Of a stretch of 53,799 nucleotides of DNA, positions 1 through 7,772 are shown piece by piece. The DNA lies in IMG/VR virus record IMGVR_UViG_3300047472_000142, positions 1 to 53,799 of that record; one strand, given 5' to 3'. The stretch's first letter is position 1. Each line of letters opens with the position of its first letter. Made by a program: the position numbers and the translations under genes. A model generated the notes under the pieces. It saw nothing but the letters and a program-made list of their open reading frames with translations, did not search any database and was not told the origin of the DNA. The stretch comes from a virus.

Positions 1-127
1 CTTAATTTCAGTGATATTTCCCTTGCCATATTTCACGGTAACGCAGCGCCGAGCGGTTCACTGCACTCACCTGCCGCACACCTACCCCACCATCTTTGCC
101 GTCTCGCTATGAGCCTGCCCGTGCAAC
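1..127. repeat. terminal direct repeat identical to 53673..53799 (circular-assembly overlap)
   Basis: The first 127 nt equal the last 127 nt exactly. ORF 53246..53701 starts inside the repeat, so the contig closes on itself. Confidence 0.95.
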
Positions 128-167
128 ACCGCGATGATCAAAAAACACGTGACAGGCCTTGCAACAT

Positions 168-701
168 CTACGCCGCCATAAGGGCTGAAAGCTTCTTGAT
201 GTAGGCAGCGTATTGGGCATGGATTGCATCACTTGTTTGCCCAGATAACACCTGAGATAGCTCCTCATTTTTCCAGAGCCCACCAGCTGTGACATTTGCC
301 GAGCCGACCATAGCAATGAACGAGTCGCCATTGCGGCCGTAGTAAAGCTTCGTGTGGAGGTAAGGAGTGCCCACGTTCATGTGAGTGAGGCCTGACCTTG
401 CTTGTAATGCCGCCACGCAAACTTCCTCGGCATGCGAAGTATTGGTATATACGGCAATCCTGGCCCCTCTAGAAACAGCCCCATCAATCATCGGGAGTAT
501 CTCGCCAAGGCCGCACATTTTCATCCAACCGGAGCAAATGACGATCTCGTCGTATTGCTCAAGAATATTCTTCAATACTGTTAGGTGGGATTTGCTTTTC
601 CGTACGTTGGTGACTATTTGCAAGACGCGCACTCCTTTCGTGTTCCATGATTCTATATCGCCACCACTGGGCACGACACAGTTTTCAGGGTTACGAAGCA
701 C
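168..701 (-). CDS. PLD-superfamily protein with a single HKD motif (Nuc-like nuclease or phospholipase)
   Basis: 177 aa with a GTG start 8 nt after the upstream stop. Motif LHTKLYY..(x)..GSANVT fits the HxK...GSxN pattern. The sequence is visibly AT-richer than its flanks. Confidence 0.6.
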   Translation of the reverse strand: MLRNPENCVVPSGGDIESWNTKGVRVLQIVTNVRKSKSHLTVLKNILEQYDEIVICSGWMKMCGLGEILPMIDGAVSRGARIAVYTNTSHAEEVCVAALQARSGLTHMNVGTPYLHTKLYYGRNGDSFIAMVGSANVTAGGLWKNEELSQVLSGQTSDAIHAQYAAYIKKLSALMAA

Positions 702-709
702 GTTGCGAC

Positions 710-904
710 CTACTTGCTCAGCTTCGGCTGAAGGATCACCCGAGCAATCATCACCAGGAAGCCCAACACGCCGTATGCCACCGGCGGCAGCACGGCCTGT
801 AGTTGAGGCATCAGCTGCTCAGCGATTCCCAGGGCAGCAATGGCGCCGCCGGCTTGAACGCTGGTCATGCTCAGCGCTTGTTTCCAGTTGTCGATCAGTT
901 GCAT
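710..904 (-). CDS. small two-segment membrane protein, possible holin or lysis accessory protein
   Basis: 64 aa with AGGAG 8 nt upstream of the ATG. Hydrophobic stretches AGGAIAALGIA and VAYGVLGFLVMIARVIL. Lies immediately downstream of the S-type holin. Confidence 0.5.
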   Translation of the reverse strand: MQLIDNWKQALSMTSVQAGGAIAALGIAEQLMPQLQAVLPPVAYGVLGFLVMIARVILQPKLSK

Positions 905-907
905 GGG

Positions 908-1239
908 TCACTCCTGCCGCTTGGGCAATTTGAAATCGGTGAAGCGGTCAGCCAGGGCGGCAACCTTCTTCACGCCGAGGGTGCCGATGCAGGCGCCGAC
1001 GGCAGCTGCGAGGCTCGATGGGAGGTTGAAGTATTCGAGCAGCGGGAATGCCCCGGCTGTGATCGCACCACACAGGCACGACTCAAGTACGGCCTGTCGC
1101 CGTCCCCCGCCGCCGTAGATGACACGCAGGAAGGCGATCCAGCACGAAAGCGCGCGGCATAGAGCATTGGCGCGTTCTGGCTGAGCCAGGCCATGACGAT
1201 GAGCCAGGTTTCTGGGTTCTTCTCTGGCATATGTGACAT
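908..1239 (-). pseudogene. lambda S-family class I holin, reading frame broken near 1150..1156
   Basis: ATG at 1239 is preceded by AAGGGAGGA and reads MSHMPEKNPETWLIVMAWLSQNAPMLYAA. The continuation ALSCWIAFLRVIYGGGGRRQAVLESCLCGAI...IGTLGVKKVAALADRF is in the -1 frame and aligns by eye with lambda S (AYLRGRYNGG..MCAI..IGYIGTDSIGSLIKRF). Confidence 0.6.
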
Positions 1240-1466
1240 CCAGCGTCCTCCCTTGCGGGGAGCGAGATTTGGTCTGGCGCTCCATGCCATCCTCATCCGC
1301 TCAGAGCAAAGACGGGGGGCATGGGTGCCAGATACGGGAAGACCTCCGCGGATGCAGAGGCCTGAATGAGGGCCTATCGGGGCGAGCCGATGAGGCTCAA
1401 CGAAGCGTGGGGAATCTGTACATCCGGGAAAGCATCCACTTGGGTAGCTGCTCTCCTCGGCGGCAC

Positions 1467-1499
1467 AAAAAAAGCCCGGGGATTTGCCTCGGGCTTTTT
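1467..1499. terminator. bidirectional intrinsic terminator
   Basis: An A-run, then stem GCCCGGGG/CCTCGGGC with a 5-nt loop, then a T-run. Lies just downstream of the stop of gene 1519..1815. Confidence 0.7.
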
Positions 1500-1518
1500 C
1501 CATTGCCACCAGGCGTGT

Positions 1519-1815
1519 TCAGCAGGGGGTTAGGCCGACACCATCAGGCGAGGCCTTGAACGTGGACATCACGAAGTGATTGCTGGATGCGCGCAGGTTA
1601 CTTTTCAGGGCCTGGCCTTCGGGTTCACTGCCCGTTCGCCACATAGCCATGGTCAGTTCCAGTCGCTGCATGGCTACTGCTTGCGGCTCGGCCATCACTG
1701 CCAGGTGGTAACCGACAGCTCGCAGCGGTTCGGCGAACGCAGTCGCCGAGAAACAGGACAAGCAGGCGGCGAACGCCAACCCTAGGCACATGGTGAGTCG
1801 CTTCAACATCGGCAT
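1519..1815 (-). CDS. small secreted protein (moron)
   Basis: N-terminal signal peptide MPMLKRLTMCLGLAFAACLSCFSATAFA followed by EP. Flanked by intrinsic terminators on both sides. Confidence 0.65.
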   Translation of the reverse strand: MPMLKRLTMCLGLAFAACLSCFSATAFAEPLRAVGYHLAVMAEPQAVAMQRLELTMAMWRTGSEPEGQALKSNLRASSNHFVMSTFKASPDGVGLTPC

Positions 1816-1843
1816 TTCCTTTCAGGTGGTTTTTTTCAGGACG

Positions 1844-1867
1844 AAAAAACCCCGCACGATGGCGGGG
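1844..1867 (-). terminator. intrinsic terminator
   Basis: Stem CCCCGC/GCGGGG with a U-tract on the minus strand. Lies 20 nt after the stop of gene 1887..2123. Confidence 0.7.
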
Positions 1868-1886
1868 CTTAATGGAAACTGAACTC

Positions 1887-2123
1887 TTAGCTGTAACTGT
1901 CTAACAAATCATGACCAGACCAAGTCAACTGAACCGTTCCGTGATCAAGTAGGAGATAGCCATCATTGATGAGGAGTTTGGAGTTGTAGAAATAATCGTC
2001 AGGATCCACGCCCAACTCTCGAGTTACGTGACCTTCCAAATGAAGCTGGTCGATACCTTCTGAACTCGCTTTGCTCTGTACAGCCAGGAGGATTTTCCTT
2101 GCTGCTTCAAAATTACGTTTCAT
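1887..2123 (-). CDS. DUF2513-like small protein (moron)
   Basis: 78 aa. MKR....RKILLA at the N-terminus and LTWSGHDLLD at the C-terminus match my recollection of the DUF2513 pattern. AT-rich and flanked by terminators. Confidence 0.55.
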   Translation of the reverse strand: MKRNFEAARKILLAVQSKASSEGIDQLHLEGHVTRELGVDPDDYFYNSKLLINDGYLLLDHGTVQLTWSGHDLLDSYS

Positions 2124-2212
2124 GAAACTTCCCTAGACCAATCAGTGCGCACAGTGCCGGGGCACCCCCGTCACTAAGCCACATAAAAACGTACATGCCG
2201 GACACCAATAAT

Positions 2213-2234
2213 AAAAAAGCCCCTTAGCGGGGCT
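2213..2234 (-). terminator. intrinsic terminator downstream of the Q-position gene (tR'-like)
   Basis: Stem AGCCCC/GGGGCT with a 6-nt U-tract on the minus strand, about 85 nt after the stop at 2320. Confidence 0.7.
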
Positions 2235-2319
2235 TTATTGGGTCGCTTGTCATAACGCGCAAGATCGACATGATGGATAAATATTCTCTCATTCTCTCAC
2301 TCATTGCAATGGCTATTTG

Positions 2320-2991
2320 CTACGCCGCACAACTTTCGATCAAGCCCTCTGAATCCAGCAGCTCCTGAGCAGCTGCGAGCGCCTCGTTAACCTGGTCGTC
2401 CAACGACTTGCGGATCGACGAACGCCACCGGTACCGGGTTGATTCTGGCTTGCCGTCATTGTCCCAGTTGGCCATGTCATACCAGGCGGCCGGGAGAACC
2501 GATGTTGATCGCTTCAGCGTCTGCTTGCGGTCCACGGTGTCATCCATACCGCGCAGACCCTTTTCATTGAACGAATCAACCAAGGCTTTGTTCTTGGCGA
2601 TGGCTTCAGCCTCACGACTTACCACTTCGATAGTGGTCGACTCATGCTTACCGCCCACCTGCGGGATTGCCCAGGTCAGAATCGCGCATTCGCGAAACCG
2701 CTTCGGTGCAGGCGACTTGACTGAGTTCAGAAGCTCCAAGATGGCGCCGTGCTTGCGTTCGTCGTGTGTTGAGTACTTCGCAACCAGTGCTCTCCAGTGC
2801 GCAGGCGACAGCGACTTGTGCAGGCGGCCGAACACCCAGCAGTCGGTGAGAAAAGCGGCCTCCTTGCCAACGATCTCCCCCTTCTGTTTGGCGCACTGCA
2901 CCTTCGGCTCAAAGTCGCACCCGCCAGCGGAGTTGATGGTTTCGGCGGCCAACGCCCGAACAACTGCGGATACCACGGTGCGATAAATCAT
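2320..2991 (-). CDS. hypothetical protein in the antiterminator Q position (late regulator candidate)
   Basis: Start MIYRTV has an ATGA overlap with the NinG stop. It follows ninG as Q does in lambda and is followed by an AT-rich spacer and a strong terminator. I recognised no motif. Confidence 0.35.
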   Translation of the reverse strand: MIYRTVVSAVVRALAAETINSAGGCDFEPKVQCAKQKGEIVGKEAAFLTDCWVFGRLHKSLSPAHWRALVAKYSTHDERKHGAILELLNSVKSPAPKRFRECAILTWAIPQVGGKHESTTIEVVSREAEAIAKNKALVDSFNEKGLRGMDDTVDRKQTLKRSTSVLPAAWYDMANWDNDGKPESTRYRWRSSIRKSLDDQVNEALAAAQELLDSEGLIESCAA

Positions 2992-3590
2992 GCTGCTGCT
3001 CCCTTCAATTCTCTGGTCAGTGCCCGGTAGTCGGCCTTGATGGTCTTGATCTCGTCGACGGTGTACTTGCGGGCCGAATGAGGCCCTTCCAGCCAATCCA
3101 CCTTCTCGGCGCCGATGCGCTTCACCAGCCGGATGCGATACTCGACCGCGTTACCGGACAGGTTTCGATTGCACTTCACGCACTGCCGGTGAATGTTCAG
3201 CGGCTCGAAGCGCAGTTCAGGGCAGGCCCCAACAGAGCGGTAATGCCCTGCGTCCCAGCGGCTGCCCGTGATCAGGTCGTGATCGCTGGGCATCGAGTCG
3301 CAGCTGATGCACGGCAGGTGCGCGTCACGCAGACGGACAAACTCGTTCACCGCAGCCTGGGCCTCGCGCAAGTGATCGGCCCGGCTCTTCAGCTTCTCCT
3401 TGCGAACCTTGATCTCCCGGCGCTCGATCTGGGCAAGCGACTTGCGCGCCTTCTCCTGATTCACGTCCTTGATGGCCAGGCCGCACTTGGGGCTGCACAC
3501 TGCCTGCCCCAGGCGCTGCGGTGGGAAGCTGATGCCGCACGCCGGGTTACCGCAGATTTTCTTCTTCCGTTCCTTGGGAGCTACAGGCAT
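2988..3590 (-). CDS. ninG: NinG-family recombination protein
   Basis: Internal start MPVAPKERKKKICGNPACG. Cys-rich N-terminus and C-terminal HYRSVGACPELRFEPLNIHRQCVKCN, typical of lambda NinG. The upstream extension in the ORF track is Arg/Gly-rich noise. Confidence 0.8.
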   Translation of the reverse strand: MPVAPKERKKKICGNPACGISFPPQRLGQAVCSPKCGLAIKDVNQEKARKSLAQIERREIKVRKEKLKSRADHLREAQAAVNEFVRLRDAHLPCISCDSMPSDHDLITGSRWDAGHYRSVGACPELRFEPLNIHRQCVKCNRNLSGNAVEYRIRLVKRIGAEKVDWLEGPHSARKYTVDEIKTIKADYRALTRELKGAAA

Positions 3591-3859
3591 GGCTCGGCCT
3601 CCTTGGCTTTTTGTTGCTCGGGCGCGAAGTCGCCGCGTAGCGGCATCAGCCACTTTTCCCAAACGATGGCCTTGTCCTCGCTTACCACCCATACAACCTC
3701 CCCTCCCTCCTGCTCGTAGACGCCAGGGTCCATCGGGTCCTTGCGATCCACTGGACTCACGCAGTGGCGGCTGATCAGCTCGACGCACGTACCGATTGCA
3801 GGCGGAAAGGTGTGATTGATCACTAAAGCCAGATCGCCCGGCTTGAATTGATTGCTCAT
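3581..3859 (-). CDS. hypothetical nin-region protein
   Basis: 92 aa, packed tightly with overlaps to both neighbours and co-oriented with them. Confidence 0.6.
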   Translation of the reverse strand: MSNQFKPGDLALVINHTFPPAIGTCVELISRHCVSPVDRKDPMDPGVYEQEGGEVVWVVSEDKAIVWEKWLMPLRGDFAPEQQKAKEAEPCL

Positions 3860-4305
3860 GCAGCCACCTCGCCCAGCAGATCCGTAAACACCACGCCGCG
3901 CGCCGTGAAGTCGGCAACGATGCGATCCGTGTAGGCGATGCCCTGGGCACGACTGAACAAGCGGGTAACCGGGAATCCGTCCGGACCGAACAGCGGGTTG
4001 CCGCCCATCAGGTCCAGCTTTTCCGCATAGGTCAGGTGGCGCATGGTCCGGTACCAGCCGTTGCGGAAATCGTCGTCCTCGTTCACCAAGATCTGCACGC
4101 CGAAGTGCAGCTTGCAGTAGCGGCGGGCGTCCTCCACGTCACCGATCTGCGTCATCGCGGCGATGCGCTGGTACAGCGAGAACCACAGCGCGTTTTGATC
4201 GAGGGTGCGATCCTTACCCGGGCGCAACGACACAACGACGAACTTCTTCTCGCGGAACATCGTGCTGAGCTTGGCCTGGCTGTTGACGCTGATCTTGTCA
4301 GTCAT
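3856..4305 (-). CDS. ninB: NinB/Orf-family recombination mediator
   Basis: RTLDQNALWFSLYQRIA matches lambda NinB RSLDQNRKLWACLGDVS. 149 aa. Confidence 0.75.
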   Translation of the reverse strand: MTDKISVNSQAKLSTMFREKKFVVVSLRPGKDRTLDQNALWFSLYQRIAAMTQIGDVEDARRYCKLHFGVQILVNEDDDFRNGWYRTMRHLTYAEKLDLMGGNPLFGPDGFPVTRLFSRAQGIAYTDRIVADFTARGVVFTDLLGEVAA

Positions 4306-4852
4306 GATTGGCCTCCTTGCTTATTTCGGCCTGCTCATCCGCCCAGGGAAACCGCGCGTACTCGCTGAAATCAATTTCCCAGTGCGCAGGCTCGGTCATT
4401 CCGACGTTGTCGTAGTGCGCTTCACAGTGACGGCACTCGAACACGTAAAAGCCCGGGCCTTGCTCGAAGTAGTCCTCAGCATTTTCGAGGACCTCGCCCT
4501 GTATCAGAGCGATTTGCTCGACGCAGATTGCGCCGTGCACCGCGCTGATGAATGGGGTGTCACCCTCGCCGAGAAACACCTGAACCCATACCGACTCATC
4601 CGGATTGCGCCATGCGTCGGCGTCGTATTGGACCCGCTCCAGATCATCGCGCAATACCTCGTTCTCGGCCTTGAGCTGATCACGCTCGGCGAGCAGGTTT
4701 ATCGCTGCTTGAACCGAGCCTCCATAGCGTTCCAGCAGGATCAACTGCTTGTTTTCTGCGTTCAGTCGCTCGTTGTCGGCGATCAGGGTCGACACTATCG
4801 GCGGCAGGCTGCCCTGCGCTACCAGGCGTTTCAGTTCGCAGTAATCGATCAT
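4298..4852 (-). CDS. ead/Ea22-like coiled-coil protein
   Basis: N-terminus MIDYCELKRLVAQG followed by a heptad-rich segment. The next gene shares the DY.ELKRL start. Confidence 0.5.
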   Translation of the reverse strand: MIDYCELKRLVAQGSLPPIVSTLIADNERLNAENKQLILLERYGGSVQAAINLLAERDQLKAENEVLRDDLERVQYDADAWRNPDESVWVQVFLGEGDTPFISAVHGAICVEQIALIQGEVLENAEDYFEQGPGFYVFECRHCEAHYDNVGMTEPAHWEIDFSEYARFPWADEQAEISKEANHD

Positions 4853-5211
4853 TGGCCGAACTCCTTGAGCAATTGGCGCGCCCCCATGACGGCGCCCTTA
4901 TCACCGGATGTTTTGCTGACATCGGAAAGGAAGCCGCGCAGGCGCTTGTTCTCAGCCTTGAGGTCTACGACCATCGAGAGCAGCTCCTCGCCATCGCTGT
5001 TCATGTCGGCGTCAAGTGCGCTGCCGATCGCGCCCATATCCATGCAGGCTGCGAGAAGCATTCGCTGGTGGCGCTCAAGATCCATGATCAGTTCGATAAC
5101 AACCTCTGGACTGGCCATTCTCTGGAATGCAACTTGGCAAGGGATATGGGGCGAGTTCGGATCATCCTTCGCAGCCTCGGCCAGCCGTTTGAGTTCGCTG
5201 TAATCGCTCAT
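4849..5211 (-). CDS. ead/Ea22-like protein (paralogous N-terminus)
   Basis: Internal start MSDYSELKRLAEAAKDDP. ATGA overlap with the micro-ORF upstream and with the gene downstream. Confidence 0.5.
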   Translation of the reverse strand: MSDYSELKRLAEAAKDDPNSPHIPCQVAFQRMASPEVVIELIMDLERHQRMLLAACMDMGAIGSALDADMNSDGEELLSMVVDLKAENKRLRGFLSDVSKTSGDKGAVMGARQLLKEFGQ

Positions 5212-5303
5212 GCCGTCACCGCCATTGTGAACAGGACGCAGAACACGCCGATGGAGAAACCAGCCGCGGTGCAGGCCAGCGTGATTTTTGATTGAGTAAT
5301 CAT
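5208..5303 (-). CDS. 31-aa hydrophobic micro-protein, absent from the ORF track
   Basis: Reads MITQSKITLACTAAGFSIGVFCVLFTMAVTA. Its start overlaps the upstream stop (ATGA) and its stop overlaps the downstream start (ATGA). Confidence 0.5.
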   Translation of the reverse strand: MITQSKITLACTAAGFSIGVFCVLFTMAVTA

Positions 5304-6085
5304 TGCGTCGTCCTCTTCGCTTCAAGTTCCTGTGCCTGCTGAATCAACAGCGCCCGGCGATCTGCCAGTTCGTTGGCCGCCTCAATCCGAATTTCATCCT
5401 TTCGCTCGGCGCTCGCCGCCCGCATTTCCAGCATCGAGGCTTTCACGAGGCTCAGCTTTTCGCGCAACTTCGGTGCAGGCCGGGTCACTTCGCCCGTAAG
5501 CAGCCCAGCGATTGCCCGACCGCCTTCGGTGATTGGCACTACACGCATGTCGGCTAGGTATTTCTGCCCGTGCTCTTGAGCAATGCGCTGCATCTGCACG
5601 GCCTTGGTGATCGCTTCCACGCGACGGTTGGCGTCGAACCCGACGGACACATGCCAGTGCACAGCCTTGCGATCTTCACGAGATTGGTTGACCAGTCGCT
5701 CGTAGGCGCTGTTGAACGCCATCCGAGCGCCGACCTTGTCACCGCCATCGAGCACCGGCTTGGCGGCACTCAAGGCGAGCTGGATTTCGTCGGTCAGCAC
5801 CACGGTTTCAAACTCATCGTTCGTGGTCATGGCGATCGCCCATGCTTCGTCTTTGCCTGGGCGGCCGTCTTCGGCGTCAATTCGCTGCAAGACAGCAGCC
5901 AAAGTCAGCTTCCCAGTGAGCTCGCGGCGGCACGACTGGAGCGCCCGGCGGATATCCATCGGCGGATACACTGCAAGGTCTTCAGCCATCAACTTGGCGG
6001 CGGATGCGCTGATTGTCTGGCCAAGGGTCTCAGCCGTGGCGCAGATCGCCCCAGCCAATTCCGCGATATCGTCAGAGGAAAGCAT
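5300..6085 (-). CDS. replication-module protein (P / helicase-loader position), function unassigned
   Basis: Start MLSSDDIAEL with GGGAGGG 8 nt upstream. It follows the O-like gene. I recognised no motif. Confidence 0.5.
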   Translation of the reverse strand: MLSSDDIAELAGAICATAETLGQTISASAAKLMAEDLAVYPPMDIRRALQSCRRELTGKLTLAAVLQRIDAEDGRPGKDEAWAIAMTTNDEFETVVLTDEIQLALSAAKPVLDGGDKVGARMAFNSAYERLVNQSREDRKAVHWHVSVGFDANRRVEAITKAVQMQRIAQEHGQKYLADMRVVPITEGGRAIAGLLTGEVTRPAPKLREKLSLVKASMLEMRAASAERKDEIRIEAANELADRRALLIQQAQELEAKRTTQ

Positions 6086-6989
6086 TCCGTGACCCTCCCT
6101 CTCGGATGTTGCGGCCAGCTTCCTGTGCGGCATTGATGTTGGCCTGGGTGTTTTCCATCTGGCGTGCGGTAACCGCGTTTACTTGGCGGCCTGTTAGCCA
6201 TTGCGTACGGATGCCTTCAGCGCGGGCGACCAGCAACCCGAGCTCATGACTAGCGCGGATGAAGAACGAGTCGTTAACCGTCACGTAGAACATCGCGACC
6301 TGGGGGGCCTCATCAGCACCCAGGCGCTGTACAAGCTGGGCGATCTGGGCATTGACCTTGGCGTTTCGCACAGGCTCCACACCATAGCGATCAAGGTAGG
6401 CGATGGTGTAGGCGTCCCAGGTGTTGGCGTTGGCAATCTGGACGTCAGTCTTCTGCCGTGCAGCTTTGGGCTTCAGGACCTTCACGTTCGACGCCGCCTG
6501 AGCGCCAGCGACTGGCAAGAGATTTTGATCTTCGATCGGAGAAGCGGGAATCAGAGAATCAGAAGAGAGGGAATCAAGAGAGAGGGAATCAGCCGGGAAA
6601 GAACCGTACTCGCATGGTGCTTGCCCGGTGCTTTCCTCGTACCAGTCCTGTACAGGCTCGAAAACCTCTGCGGGAATGGTGCTTTGCGCCTCTTTCACGT
6701 GCGGATTCTGGTGCTTTGACCAGTTCACGATCTGAATCGCGCGGCAGCCATTGGCGACATAGCGACGGATGAACCCGAAGTTCTGTAGGCCGTTGAGCAT
6801 GAGCTCGATGTCGACGTTGTCCGCTGGGAACAGTGCCATCTTGAGTCGGCGTGGCCGATCCTCCAGCCGCCCTTCCCGGTCAGCCTCGGTCCACATGCCA
6901 ATGAAGAGCAGGCGCGTAGCGAAGTCCAGCTCTGCCAGGTGTTCGTTCGAGAAGAACCCTGGCTTGATGTTTCGGGATCTGGCCATCAT
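6072..6989 (-). CDS. replication initiator / replisome organizer (O-like)
   Basis: N-terminus MARSRNIKPGFFSNEHLAELDFATRLLFIGMWTEADREGR is a pattern common in phage replication proteins. A central low-complexity linker DSLSLDSLSSDSL is encoded by the iteron-like repeats. Confidence 0.55.
   Translation of the reverse strand: MMARSRNIKPGFFSNEHLAELDFATRLLFIGMWTEADREGRLEDRPRRLKMALFPADNVDIELMLNGLQNFGFIRRYVANGCRAIQIVNWSKHQNPHVKEAQSTIPAEVFEPVQDWYEESTGQAPCEYGSFPADSLSLDSLSSDSLIPASPIEDQNLLPVAGAQAASNVKVLKPKAARQKTDVQIANANTWDAYTIAYLDRYGVEPVRNAKVNAQIAQLVQRLGADEAPQVAMFYVTVNDSFFIRASHELGLLVARAEGIRTQWLTGRQVNAVTARQMENTQANINAAQEAGRNIREGGSRNAFL
6545..6592. repeat. iteron-like direct repeats inside the O-like gene (candidate ori)
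   Basis: GAATCA occurs at 6548, 6556, 6571 and 6586. The last two copies sit in a 15-bp tandem unit AGAGAGGGAATCA. Confidence 0.45.
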
Positions 6990-7744
6990 TGGGCCTCCAG
7001 ATTGTACTGAGCCCACAAGCCAGCAACCCAAGTGACGCCCTTGGGGGTGAATTTGGACTGGTTGAAGGCATGCCCGCCGCCAGTGGTGCCGGCTCGGACC
7101 TCAAAGCGCCCTGCGTCGATGTGAGGCTGATAGGCCTGCCATTCGCCGCCCATGCGGTACATGATTTTTTTGTCGATGAGGAATTCACGAAACCGCGACT
7201 CGTTGGCCTTTAGCAGTTTGGCGGTCTGGCGGAAGCCTTTGAGCCCCGTCGAATCGACGTACTTCTCGACGAAGGCAATTTTCGGCGCTGCCTCAATCAG
7301 GGCTTGGCTGGCAGCCTGCTGCAGCTCGAACTGTTCCGCCCAGGCACGGGCGGCTGCGGCCGGATTGGAGAAGTCAGGGAGCGTGGCAATAACCCGTGGC
7401 CCCTCGAGCTCCTTCAGCTTTTGCAGTACGGATCGGCGAACGGCTTTCGATTCGCGCATGCCTACGAGCATGCATTGATCGAGGGTCAGCTCGTAGCTGG
7501 CCATATCCACGCGGCTTTGGGGGTGTGCAATTGTTTTGCACTCCCCCAGCTCATCACCAAGCTCGTCTTGCACGCGGATAATGAACTGGTCGTTCCTGAC
7601 TTTCGGCTCCCCTGCCTGGCCGCGTGCCTCGTTGACCATGTCGCGCAGCTCGATGCTCGAAATAGTCCGCGACACGTTTTGCGATTGCAGGAAATGTGTC
7701 GCGACATTGATGGGGGTATTGCTTGAAATGGTTTGGCTCTGCAT
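6986..7744 (-). CDS. Rha-like / KilAC-domain protein (antirepressor family)
   Basis: The C-terminus FRQTAKLLKANESRFREFLIDKKIMYRMGGEWQAYQPHIDAGRFEVR fits a KilAC domain. The start is chosen at MQSQT, with GAGG 6 nt upstream. Alternative starts lie at 7756 and 7759. Confidence 0.6.
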   Translation of the reverse strand: MQSQTISSNTPINVATHFLQSQNVSRTISSIELRDMVNEARGQAGEPKVRNDQFIIRVQDELGDELGECKTIAHPQSRVDMASYELTLDQCMLVGMRESKAVRRSVLQKLKELEGPRVIATLPDFSNPAAAARAWAEQFELQQAASQALIEAAPKIAFVEKYVDSTGLKGFRQTAKLLKANESRFREFLIDKKIMYRMGGEWQAYQPHIDAGRFEVRAGTTGGGHAFNQSKFTPKGVTWVAGLWAQYNLEAQ

Positions 7745-7772
7745 AATCGGCCTCATCAAGTTGTAATGAATT

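Noticed and set aside
1-127. A biological direct terminal repeat or cos end
   Set aside because: An exact overlap of this length is what de Bruijn assemblers leave on circular paths. Without read-end data there is no support for physical termini here.
970-1509. 179-aa minus-strand ORF treated as one gene
   Set aside because: Only the 29 codons after the internal ATG at 1239 look genuine, forming the holin N-terminus. The upstream part runs through a terminator, and the downstream part is out-of-frame holin sequence.
2988-3950. 320-aa version of the NinG ORF. Similar long N-terminal extensions occur at 2320..3096, 26440..27429, 27209..29095 and 37602..38597.
   Set aside because: The extensions overlap the upstream genes and are low-complexity Arg/Pro/Gly-rich. 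Internal starts have an RBS or ATGA coupling.
6545-6592. CRISPR array or non-coding tandem repeat
   Set aside because: The repeats are short, irregularly spaced and lie in frame inside a coding region. There is no spacer structure.
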